From positions 192,001 through 256,000 of the forward strand of contig JAVJSW010000060.1 of NCBI GenBank assembly GCA_040219255.1: a DNA stretch of 64,000 nucleotides, written 5' to 3'. This document shows positions 48,181 to 56,099 of the stretch, piece by piece (within the stretch, counting starts at the first letter, position 1; the number at the start of each line of letters is the position of its first letter). Source of the stretch: Sumerlaeia bacterium (GTDB taxonomy: Bacteria > Sumerlaeota > Sumerlaeia > SLMS01 > JAHLLQ01). The notes beneath the pieces are model-generated. The model saw only the letters and a program-made list of their open reading frames with translations, ran no database searches and had not been told where the DNA came from. The position numbers were made by a program, and so were the translations under genes.

Positions 48181-49794
48181 ATGAAATTTCCCCCAATAAC
48201 TCAATTTGCAATGAAGACGTCGATTTTAGGCGTGGTCTTCGCCGCACTCCCGTTCCTGGCCATCCACACCCCCGCCCAGGACACACTTTTCCTGGATTTC
48301 GACGACTATCTGGGCGGCCGAATCATCGATGATGAATATGTGCTCAGCCACGGCGTCACCTTCAGCGTGATCAACCCGAACAACGGCGGGGATCCAGACC
48401 TCGGTGTCCTTTATCCCTCCAACGTGGAACCGCCCGCTGGTCTCAGCACCGGCCTCTTCGACCCCGATTTGCAGGGACCGCCGACGAGTTATGGCAACTG
48501 GGCCACGGGCAACGCGGCGACGGAGAGCGCCGGCAACGTCCTGATTTCCCAGGAAACGAACCCCGAGGCGGCGGAGATCGCCGCGGGACAGCTCGGCAAC
48601 AAGAGCAATCCCCCGGACATCCCGGGTTTGACCGATGACCAGGAAACATACCCCGACGATCAAGGCAGCGGCTCCACCATCGTCGCCGTCCTCGACACAC
48701 CGGCCCGCGCCGTGCGGTTCAACTGGGTGGACCTGGACAACGGCGCCAGTGCTCCCGCCAAGCTGACGATCCGCTTCGTCGATACGCTGACCGGCGGCAG
48801 CCCTTCCATCGACATCCCGGTGCTGGCCTTTGTGACGAACAACGGAAACCCGTTTTACGATTCGACGGTGGCGTGGGCGGATGGATCGTTCGACCGGCTC
48901 GAGGAGATGGATCTCGACGAGATCAATTTCTACGAGGCCAACTACGGGCCGAACGCCACGACCCTGACCCGCTTCAACCGGGTCGAATGGATTGTCATTA
49001 CCTCCGGTGGCCTCGGCGATTTCATCGAGTTCGAGCCCATCGCCCAGGGTTGCTTCGGCGACATCGTCTTTAATGACACGGACAGCGACGGCGTCTTCGA
49101 GCCCAACAAGCCCAACGGCACCGACGAGACCGGCATCCCCGGCGTCGTCATGAACCTGTACCAGGATAACAACAACGACGGTGTCTTCGACGGAGGCGAT
49201 ACCCTTTATCGCCAGACGGAGACCGACGCGAATGGCTTCTACGAATTCATCGGACTGCCCGCCGGCAATTACGTCGTGGTGGTGGACGAAACCGGCGTCC
49301 TCTCCGGAATGACCAGCACGGGCCCCAACATTGACGAGGATGGCGAAACGCTCTCGACGGACGAGTGCTACGCCGCCGGCGACTTCGGTTACACGTCCAG
49401 CATCCTGGCGGTCGACCTCGTGTCCTTCGAGGCCCACCCCGGCGGCGCGGGCGAACCGATCGTCATCGCTTGGGAGACGGAGGCGGAAATCGACAACCTG
49501 GGCTTCAACCTCTACCGGGCGATTCCGTCGCCGATGCGCCGCGGGCCCGGAAGCGGCGGTGGCTGGAGCGTTGGGCCGAAGCTCAACGACGACCTGATTC
49601 CGGCCGATCCGACGGCTCTGCTTGGCGGCGCCGAGTATGCCTTCACGGACTTGGCCGGCTACGATCCCGCGGCGGCGCGCGGCTATTTCCTGGAAGACGT
49701 GGACGCTTCGGGCCGGACGACCCTCCATGGCCCGGCGATGATTCTGCCGTCGAAGCGCGATTCCGGGGTGGAGAGCTGGCGCATGGCCGAGTAA
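48181..49794 (+). CDS. Secreted protein with SdrD-B-like domain and C-terminal Ig/FN3-like domain
   Basis: Signal peptide (alternative start 48211); GDIVFNDTDSDG...TDANGFYEF; AVDLVSF...WETEAEIDNLGFNLYR; ends SGVESWRMAE. Confidence 0.78.
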   Translation: MKFPPITQFAMKTSILGVVFAALPFLAIHTPAQDTLFLDFDDYLGGRIIDDEYVLSHGVTFSVINPNNGGDPDLGVLYPSNVEPPAGLSTGLFDPDLQGPPTSYGNWATGNAATESAGNVLISQETNPEAAEIAAGQLGNKSNPPDIPGLTDDQETYPDDQGSGSTIVAVLDTPARAVRFNWVDLDNGASAPAKLTIRFVDTLTGGSPSIDIPVLAFVTNNGNPFYDSTVAWADGSFDRLEEMDLDEINFYEANYGPNATTLTRFNRVEWIVITSGGLGDFIEFEPIAQGCFGDIVFNDTDSDGVFEPNKPNGTDETGIPGVVMNLYQDNNNDGVFDGGDTLYRQTETDANGFYEFIGLPAGNYVVVVDETGVLSGMTSTGPNIDEDGETLSTDECYAAGDFGYTSSILAVDLVSFEAHPGGAGEPIVIAWETEAEIDNLGFNLYRAIPSPMRRGPGSGGGWSVGPKLNDDLIPADPTALLGGAEYAFTDLAGYDPAAARGYFLEDVDASGRTTLHGPAMILPSKRDSGVESWRMAE

Positions 49795-49840
49795 GGTCTG
49801 ACCGTTTCGCCAAATACGACTCGGCTTCCCTCCCGAATGG

Positions 49841-49878
49841 AAAGAAGCCCCCGCCGGTTCGCGGGGGCTTCTTTCTTT
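49841..49878. terminator. Bidirectional Rho-independent terminator
   Basis: aaagaagcccccgc / gcgggggcttcttt, a 14-bp perfect inverted repeat between convergent genes. Confidence 0.85.
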
Positions 49879-49921
49879 GGGGCAGGGGCCACTGGCGGAG
49901 GGTTCAGCGGCGGGGATTGGA

Positions 49922-51124
49922 TCAGGCGAGAAAGCGAATCCGGGTAAACAGATAGTCGAGGTTTTCCTGGCGGATGATCACGCGGCGGTAACCGCTCGAG
50001 GTGCGAACCGTGTTCCAGCCTTCTTCCTCGCACATGAACGGCGCCTCGCCGTTCTTGTCGTCGTACCAGTAGGCCAGCGAAATCTTGCCGTCACGGATTT
50101 CCAGCGACGTGATGTAGTTCTTCGAAATGACCGAGCCGCTATTGAACAGGCAGGGTACGCCGGTTTCCCGGTCGTAGAGGCTGCCGCGGACGCTGGAGCG
50201 ATGGCCCTTTTGGCGGATGCGGCGCAGTTCCGCATTGCACCGGGCGATTTCGCGCGTCAGGTCCTCGAGCCGTCCCGCGTCGCTGCATTGGCTGTGCTCT
50301 CGGCACAGGGCTTCGATGCGGTAGCGGAGCGAGTCGACTTTCGACAGGGCCTCGAACAACGGCCGGTGCGTGTGGCCGATCATGGTCATGACGCCGTGGC
50401 GGCGGGCGAAGTCGTAGCAGCGCTTCTCGAGCCGGTAGATGCTGTTGCTCTCGTAGGACTTCGAATAGTTCCGAAAGCCCAGGGGCGAGAGCAGGTACTT
50501 CATGAAGAGACCGAGTTGCTGGCCCGCGAAGGTCTGGTAGTGGGAGGCCTGGTGGCCGTGGAGGAGGAAGATTTCCCCGCCGCCGGCGCGAACGCGCAGG
50601 CCTTCGATATGCTCCACGTCGATGGGCAGATTCTTGCCGTGATCCTGGAGGAGACTCAGGTCATGGTTGCCGACGATTTTGTAGAGGTTCGTTTCGTTCT
50701 GGAACGCGCGGAACAGTTCGTAGAGATCGCCCCACTTCGATGTGATGGCGCTCAGGGGGAAGTTTTGCAGCTCTTCGACGTCGCCGTTGAGGGCGAGCTG
50801 GTAGCCGCTGTCGAGGTAGTGCTGGGCGCACACCTCCATGAAGAGCTTCGAGTTGGGCAGAAAGTCGTCGCGCCAGCCGCGATGGCCGACGTGCAGGTCG
50901 CTGAAGATCACGAGGCGGCCTTCGCGGCCGAGTTCGACGACGGGGGCGGATTGATAAACTCCGGCGATGCGGTCGTATGCGAGCCGGTCGACGGGGGAAT
51001 AGAGCCGCTGGCGCAGAGATTTCGGTTCGAGGGCTGAGGTGTCGGGGAGCGGGAAGGTGAGGTCCGCCGTGGCGGCTTGATAGACGGAGGACGTCTTGGG
51101 ATTGGAGAGAAGTTCGGTCGACAT
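49922..51124 (-). CDS. Calcineurin-like metallophosphoesterase
   Basis: SDLH, NGDVEE, GNHD, LHGH, GHTH, NSGS. Confidence 0.88.
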   Translation of the reverse strand: MSTELLSNPKTSSVYQAATADLTFPLPDTSALEPKSLRQRLYSPVDRLAYDRIAGVYQSAPVVELGREGRLVIFSDLHVGHRGWRDDFLPNSKLFMEVCAQHYLDSGYQLALNGDVEELQNFPLSAITSKWGDLYELFRAFQNETNLYKIVGNHDLSLLQDHGKNLPIDVEHIEGLRVRAGGGEIFLLHGHQASHYQTFAGQQLGLFMKYLLSPLGFRNYSKSYESNSIYRLEKRCYDFARRHGVMTMIGHTHRPLFEALSKVDSLRYRIEALCREHSQCSDAGRLEDLTREIARCNAELRRIRQKGHRSSVRGSLYDRETGVPCLFNSGSVISKNYITSLEIRDGKISLAYWYDDKNGEAPFMCEEEGWNTVRTSSGYRRVIIRQENLDYLFTRIRFLA

Positions 51125-51283
51125 CGCGGGGGATTGGACCTCGTCTCGGGAGTTTCTTCGTCGCCTGAAGTTTTCGGTGACGATTCACCCGAGCGCGGTT
51201 TTCCACAGCCCCGCAAACCGAAAGACGGGTGCGAGCGAACTTCTCTTCCTTTCGAAACGGTTTCTTAGCACAAAGCTTTGAAA

Positions 51284-52753
51284 TTATGACGCTTCCGGTG
51301 CCCGCCCGTGCATCGCTTTCATCGCCACGACGTAAAGTCCGGCCGCCAGGAAGAAACCGATGAACCAGGCGAAGAGATAAATTGTGTCGAAGAAACCGGG
51401 AAAGATGGCCTTGCCCGTGGCCGCGTTGATGAACCCCGGCACATTGGGAAGCGCTGCCAGGAAGAAGACCGCCAGAGCCAGGAGATTGAACCCGCCTCGG
51501 TAGGAGTAGATGCCCGCGGGGTCGTAGAGCGCCTGGACATCCAGGACTTGCCGCCGGCGAACGAAAAAGTCGGCGATCATGATTCCCGCGATGGGGCCGA
51601 GGAGCGCGCTGTAGCCGATCATCCAGGTGAAGATGTAGCCCTGGGTGCTTTCGATCAGCTTCCAGGGCAGAATGAAGGCCCCGATGACCGCGGCGATCAC
51701 ACCTCCCATTTTGAAACTGATCTTGCGAGGCAGCAGGTTGGCGATGTCGTTGGCCGGGCTGACCACGTTGGCCGCGATGTTGGTGGAGAGCGTAGCGATG
51801 GTCAGGCCCACCAGCGCGATGACCACGGCGACGCCCCGGTCGAATCGGGCGAACAGCGCCACCGGGTCCCAGATGGCCTCGCCATAGAGTGTCACCGTCG
51901 CCGCCGTCACCAGGATTCCGATGAGCGCGAACAGCGTCATGGTGGAGGGAAGACCGATGGTCTGGCCCAGAATCTGGGACTTCTGGCTTTTCGCATAACG
52001 CGAGAAGTCCGGAATGTTCAGCGATAGCGTGGCCCAGTATCCCACCACGGCGGTCAGGTTGGGGATGAAGACCTTCCAGAACTGCCAGCCTTGGAGCGTG
52101 CCCTTGTTGGCGAAGATGGCTTGCGTGCCGGCCTTCGACCACGCCCACCAGAGCAGCACCAGTCCGCCGACGATCAGGAACGGCGCGGAGAGTTTTTCGA
52201 GCCATTTGATCCAGCCCATGCCCTTGACGATGATCGCCACGTTCATGACCCAGAAGAGGAAAAAGCAGAAGAGTTGGCCAAAGCTGATCCCGATCACCGG
52301 TAGAGCGACCGGTTCGGGCGTCTTCCCGATCAGGGAGAAAAACAGTGTGTAGATCGCCGAACCGCCCACCCAGGTCTGAATGCCGAACCAACCGCAGGCG
52401 ACGATCCCGCGCATGATGGCCGGAATGTTGGCGCCCTTGGTCCCGAAGGACGACCGCAGCAGCACCGGAAAGGGGATGCCGTATTTGGTGCCCGGCACCG
52501 CGTTCAGGACCATCGGAACCAGCACGATCACGTTGCCGAGCAGCACCGTAATCCCCGCCTGCCACCAGGACATCCCCTGCTCGATCATGCCGGACGCGAG
52601 GAAATAGGTCGTGATGCAGACCGACATGCCGACCCAGAGCGCCGCGATATCCCAAGTCCCCCACGTGCGCTGGCTTTCCGCCGTGGGCGCGAGGTCCTCG
52701 TTGTAGAGGGAGCTGGTGGTGTCGATGGGGGTGGAGGACTCGTTCGCAGACAT
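51284..52753 (-). CDS. NCS1 nucleobase:cation symporter
   Basis: LYNEDLAP, KYGIPFPVLLRSSFG, ACGWFGIQTW, WATLSLNIPDFSRY, NIAANVVSP. Confidence 0.93.
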   Translation of the reverse strand: MSANESSTPIDTTSSLYNEDLAPTAESQRTWGTWDIAALWVGMSVCITTYFLASGMIEQGMSWWQAGITVLLGNVIVLVPMVLNAVPGTKYGIPFPVLLRSSFGTKGANIPAIMRGIVACGWFGIQTWVGGSAIYTLFFSLIGKTPEPVALPVIGISFGQLFCFFLFWVMNVAIIVKGMGWIKWLEKLSAPFLIVGGLVLLWWAWSKAGTQAIFANKGTLQGWQFWKVFIPNLTAVVGYWATLSLNIPDFSRYAKSQKSQILGQTIGLPSTMTLFALIGILVTAATVTLYGEAIWDPVALFARFDRGVAVVIALVGLTIATLSTNIAANVVSPANDIANLLPRKISFKMGGVIAAVIGAFILPWKLIESTQGYIFTWMIGYSALLGPIAGIMIADFFVRRRQVLDVQALYDPAGIYSYRGGFNLLALAVFFLAALPNVPGFINAATGKAIFPGFFDTIYLFAWFIGFFLAAGLYVVAMKAMHGRAPEAS

Positions 52754-52875
52754 CTCGAGGAGAACCGTTCTAATAGCTGGGTCTGAGTGTTTATCCAGAG
52801 GATGAACGGGGAGTTAGGCCGCCCCAACTGTTTTTCGTCAAGACAAGAGAGCGCCCGAGTCTGAATTGCCCCGTG

Positions 52876-53727
52876 TCATGCTTTGCGCGCACATAGGCAA
52901 ATCGAGTCCATGCAGAGCGCTCCGAAGAGAAAGCCGCTGTGGCTGAGGCGGGAATTCTCCAGCCAGGCGCTGATCCCGATGGAGCGCTGAAGCGCCGGAT
53001 AGAGCGGCAAGATTCCCCACCGAGCCATCCGGTCCGGTTTGATCCAAGGTTGGCTGCACCGGCTGAAGCCGCATCCCTTCATCAACGCCACGGCCTCAAG
53101 AAGGTCGTACTCCTTCAGGTGGAGGCCTTCGGGCAGGTGGCCCTTCGGCAGGAAGAACTTGCTGATATCGTGCGGACCGGTCCGCCGGGGTGGAGTGATG
53201 CAGACGAATCGCCCGCCGGGGCTCAGCACACGGAAAACCTCACGTGTCTGTGCCTCCGCGTCGTCCGGGTGCAGATGCTCCAGCACGTTGTTTGAATAGG
53301 CCAAATCGATGGACGCATCGGGCAGGGGAATGGTGGTTCCGTCGAAGGCTAGAGCACGGGCGTTCGGCCGGCCGGCCTTATCAAACCGGGCCTGGCAGCG
53401 GGCCACGACGTTCTGGTCCACTTCAAGGCCGATGGCCTCGCAGGCGTACTGGGCGAATTGCAGGGTGGCGGTGCCCAGGCCGCAGCCGATGTCGAGAACG
53501 GCGCGCCCCTCGCCCCAACCCCGCAGCATCCGCACGAAGTAATCCATCGTGCCGAATTCGGTGACGCCCGAAGACTCGCTGAAGAACTGCGCGTACAGTT
53601 GCCCGTAAGCCTCGTTGTAGAGCGCCTTGCGCTTCTCGGGATCGTCCTCTTCCAGGAGCAGAAAGTGGTACTTGCGCTCGTGCTCGAATTGAGCCCGTCG
53701 CTTGTCGTCCGGGGGAAGTGAGGTCAT
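52876..53727 (-). CDS. Class I SAM-dependent methyltransferase
   Basis: VLDIGCGLG, PLPDASID, VLEHL, RVLSPGG. Confidence 0.88.
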   Translation of the reverse strand: MTSLPPDDKRRAQFEHERKYHFLLLEEDDPEKRKALYNEAYGQLYAQFFSESSGVTEFGTMDYFVRMLRGWGEGRAVLDIGCGLGTATLQFAQYACEAIGLEVDQNVVARCQARFDKAGRPNARALAFDGTTIPLPDASIDLAYSNNVLEHLHPDDAEAQTREVFRVLSPGGRFVCITPPRRTGPHDISKFFLPKGHLPEGLHLKEYDLLEAVALMKGCGFSRCSQPWIKPDRMARWGILPLYPALQRSIGISAWLENSRLSHSGFLFGALCMDSICLCARKA

Positions 53728-54071
53728 TGGGTAAGCCTCTGCGCGATCGCCGCCACCCGCCCGCGAGCCACGGCTTTGTTTTCTTCGGTTTGCTTCGGAT
53801 CGGCATTGGCGGCCTTCAGGTACCGCCGCCATGCCTTCAGCGAGGCCCGGCCTTCGCCCTCCATCTTCTCCACCGTTACCGCATAGTTGAAGTGATTCCC
53901 CGCCAACGTCCGGTCCAGCAGCGATCCGAACAGAAACATCGACCGGGCGTCCGCAAGGTTCCCCGCTTCATACTCGGCGGAGCCTTCCAGGAACAGGCCT
54001 TCCGCCGCCGCGCGGTCGCGGCGGCGCAGAAGGATGGTCAGGAGGTGGGCGGGTTTGGGGGCGAAGGGCAT
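53724..54071 (-). CDS. Small TPR-like hypothetical protein
   Basis: NHFNYA...AWRRYL; ATGA overlap with the methyltransferase. Confidence 0.6.
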   Translation of the reverse strand: MPFAPKPAHLLTILLRRRDRAAAEGLFLEGSAEYEAGNLADARSMFLFGSLLDRTLAGNHFNYAVTVEKMEGEGRASLKAWRRYLKAANADPKQTEENKAVARGRVAAIAQRLTQ

Positions 54072-54075
54072 TGGA

Positions 54076-54387
54076 TCAGGAAATCACCGCGTCGATATCC
54101 AAATTGCGCCGGACGTGACAAATGCGCAACACGCGGAGGTGGTCTTCGAAGACGCAATAGAAGATGAGATAGTGCGGCAGAGTGTCCACGCGCCAAATGC
54201 GGATCGGAGGCTCGGCGTCGCCGCTTTCTTCCCAGACGCGGCCCGCTCGCGGAGATTGCGCGAGATCCTCAAACGTTCTCTCGGCGGCCGCGAGGAACGC
54301 GAATCCATGGCCAGACGTGCGGCGTTCCAGTTCGAGAGAAATCTCCGCCAGGTCGAACTCGGCGGCGGCCGACGTGATCGATTTCAT
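54076..54387 (-). CDS. parE: Type II toxin, RelE/ParE family
   Basis: AAEFDLAEI, LAQSPRAGR, YLIFY...VLRICHVRRN. Confidence 0.85.
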   Translation of the reverse strand: MKSITSAAAEFDLAEISLELERRTSGHGFAFLAAAERTFEDLAQSPRAGRVWEESGDAEPPIRIWRVDTLPHYLIFYCVFEDHLRVLRICHVRRNLDIDAVIS

Positions 54388-54662
54388 CAGGCCAACTTCC
54401 GCTCCTCATCCGCGCCAACCTCGCGGGCGAGATTCTCGCGCAGCTTCTCCCAGAATTCCGGCGTCACCTCGCGCGGTGGCTCCTCGCTCTCCAACGCCTC
54501 CTTCAGCAGCCGGTTGATGCGATCACGCTCGCGGCTGATGCGGTCGCGGCGGATCAGGTCGCGCACGTATTCGCTGTGGCTGCCGTAGTTGCCGCTGGCG
54601 ACTTGCGCGTCCACATACTCGCGCAGTTCTTTCGTGAGGGAAACGTTGAGGGTGTTCGCCAT
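54387..54662 (-). CDS. parD: Type II antitoxin, ParD (RHH) family
   Basis: TLNVSLT...VASGNYGSHSEYVRDLIR; TGATG coupling to the toxin. Confidence 0.88.
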   Translation of the reverse strand: MANTLNVSLTKELREYVDAQVASGNYGSHSEYVRDLIRRDRISRERDRINRLLKEALESEEPPREVTPEFWEKLRENLAREVGADEERKLA

Positions 54663-54702
54663 GGGATGGGCCGCCTTTCGCGCCGAAAAATCACGGCCGA
54701 CA

Positions 54703-54729
54703 TTGGCAAAGATTGCCAAAGTTTGTCAA
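54703..54729 (-). promoter_or_regulatory. parDE promoter/operator
   Basis: Minus strand ttgacaaactttggcaatctttgccaa: TTGACA followed by the palindrome ttggcaa-N3-ttgccaa. Confidence 0.65.
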
Positions 54730-55013
54730 GACCCGCCGGCTCGGCTCCCCTCGTCCAGGCCCTCCGTCAAGTCCTCCAGGTACAAATCCTTCTCGATCCA
54801 GTAGCGGATCTGGCGCTTTTCGCAGCCCGCGTATTTCAGATCGTCCATGGCCTGATCGACGCGTTGCATTGAGCCGGTGGCCAGGAACAGGTCGCGCATC
54901 GGCTCGTATTTGTCCTCGGGCACATAGCAGCGGTTGGTGCTGTACCAGGAGCAGCCGCCGAGCAGAGTGGCCGCCGCCACGGTGACAATCAGGGTGGGAA
55001 GGGCTCGCCGCAT
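54726..55013 (-). CDS. Small lipoprotein
   Basis: Signal peptide with lipobox LGGC. Confidence 0.7.
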   Translation of the reverse strand: MRRALPTLIVTVAAATLLGGCSWYSTNRCYVPEDKYEPMRDLFLATGSMQRVDQAMDDLKYAGCEKRQIRYWIEKDLYLEDLTEGLDEGSRAGGS

Positions 55014-55157
55014 GAGTCGCTGACCTCGGAGAGAAAAGGTTGAGACCGTGAGGAAAGGACTCCCGCCGCGCGGGGGCAAGGGACTTCCCGCTTGTCATCG
55101 GGGCGCCACCGCGCGGAACGTCTTTGGCTCAAGCGCAGGAAGAGGTCCCCCCCGTTC

Positions 55158-56015
55158 ATGTCCCCCACGCCCCCACCCACCCACGTCGTCCGCGCGGACA
55201 ATCTGATCAAGGAATACGGCAAGAACCGCGTCGTGAAAGGCGTGTCGCTGCAAGTCGGCACCGGCGAAGTCGTCGGCCTGCTCGGTCCCAACGGCGCCGG
55301 CAAGACCACCACCTTCAAGATGCTGGTGGGCTTCGAGCCCCCCACCGGCGGCAGTGTGACTTTCGACGGCGAGGACATCACGCGCCTGCCGATTCACATG
55401 CGGGCCCGTCGAGGCATCAGCTATCTGGCCCAGGAAACCAGCGTCTTCCGCAAGATGTCGGTGCGCGACAATCTGAAGGCCATCCTGGAAGCGCGCGGCG
55501 TGCCCCGAAACGAGATCCGCACCCGCATCGATCAACTCGAGGAAGAGTTGGGCATCGGGCACCTGCGCCGCCGCATCGCCGAGCGCCTCTCCGGCGGCGA
55601 AAAGCGCCGCGTCGAAATCGCCCGCGCCCTCACCACCAACCCCCGCTTCATCTTCCTCGACGAACCCTTCGCCGGCATCGACCCGCCCACCGTCGAAGAC
55701 CTCCAGCTTATCATCGGCCAGCTCCGCGAACGGGGCCTTGGCGTCCTCATCACCGACCACAACGTCCGCGAAACCCTCGCCATCACCGACCGCTCCTACA
55801 TCATTTTCGAAGGCCAGGTGCGCGTCAGCGGCACCGTCGACGAAGTCGCCAACCATCCCGACGTCAGCGGCTACATCACCGACCGCATTCGCCGGGACAT
55901 CGAGATGGAGCAGCGGGAGAAGGAAGCGCGGCTCGCCGTGGCGAAAGCGGCCACTGGCCCAAAAGCCGACGCGGGAGCGGGCTCGGCGGGCGAGAAGCGC
56001 GACGCCCCGAAATAA
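55158..56015 (+). CDS. lptB: LPS export ABC transporter ATP-binding protein
   Basis: GPNGAGKTT, LPIHMRARRGISYLAQETSVFRKMSV, LSGGEKRRVEIAR, DEPFAGIDP, TDHNVRETL. Confidence 0.93.
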   Translation: MSPTPPPTHVVRADNLIKEYGKNRVVKGVSLQVGTGEVVGLLGPNGAGKTTTFKMLVGFEPPTGGSVTFDGEDITRLPIHMRARRGISYLAQETSVFRKMSVRDNLKAILEARGVPRNEIRTRIDQLEEELGIGHLRRRIAERLSGGEKRRVEIARALTTNPRFIFLDEPFAGIDPPTVEDLQLIIGQLRERGLGVLITDHNVRETLAITDRSYIIFEGQVRVSGTVDEVANHPDVSGYITDRIRRDIEMEQREKEARLAVAKAATGPKADAGAGSAGEKRDAPK

Positions 56016-56099
56016 TTCTCTAGCTTCAAAACTGGCTTGACGAAGAAGGCTCTTTAATTCACTGGTGTACTATCCTGCTGGATTCGGAGGCTCCTTCCC

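Noticed and set aside
52754-52875. Riboswitch upstream of the NCS1 transporter
   Set aside because: No recognisable purine or other aptamer consensus; only a TTGACG-like -35 element is visible. An Rfam scan would settle it.
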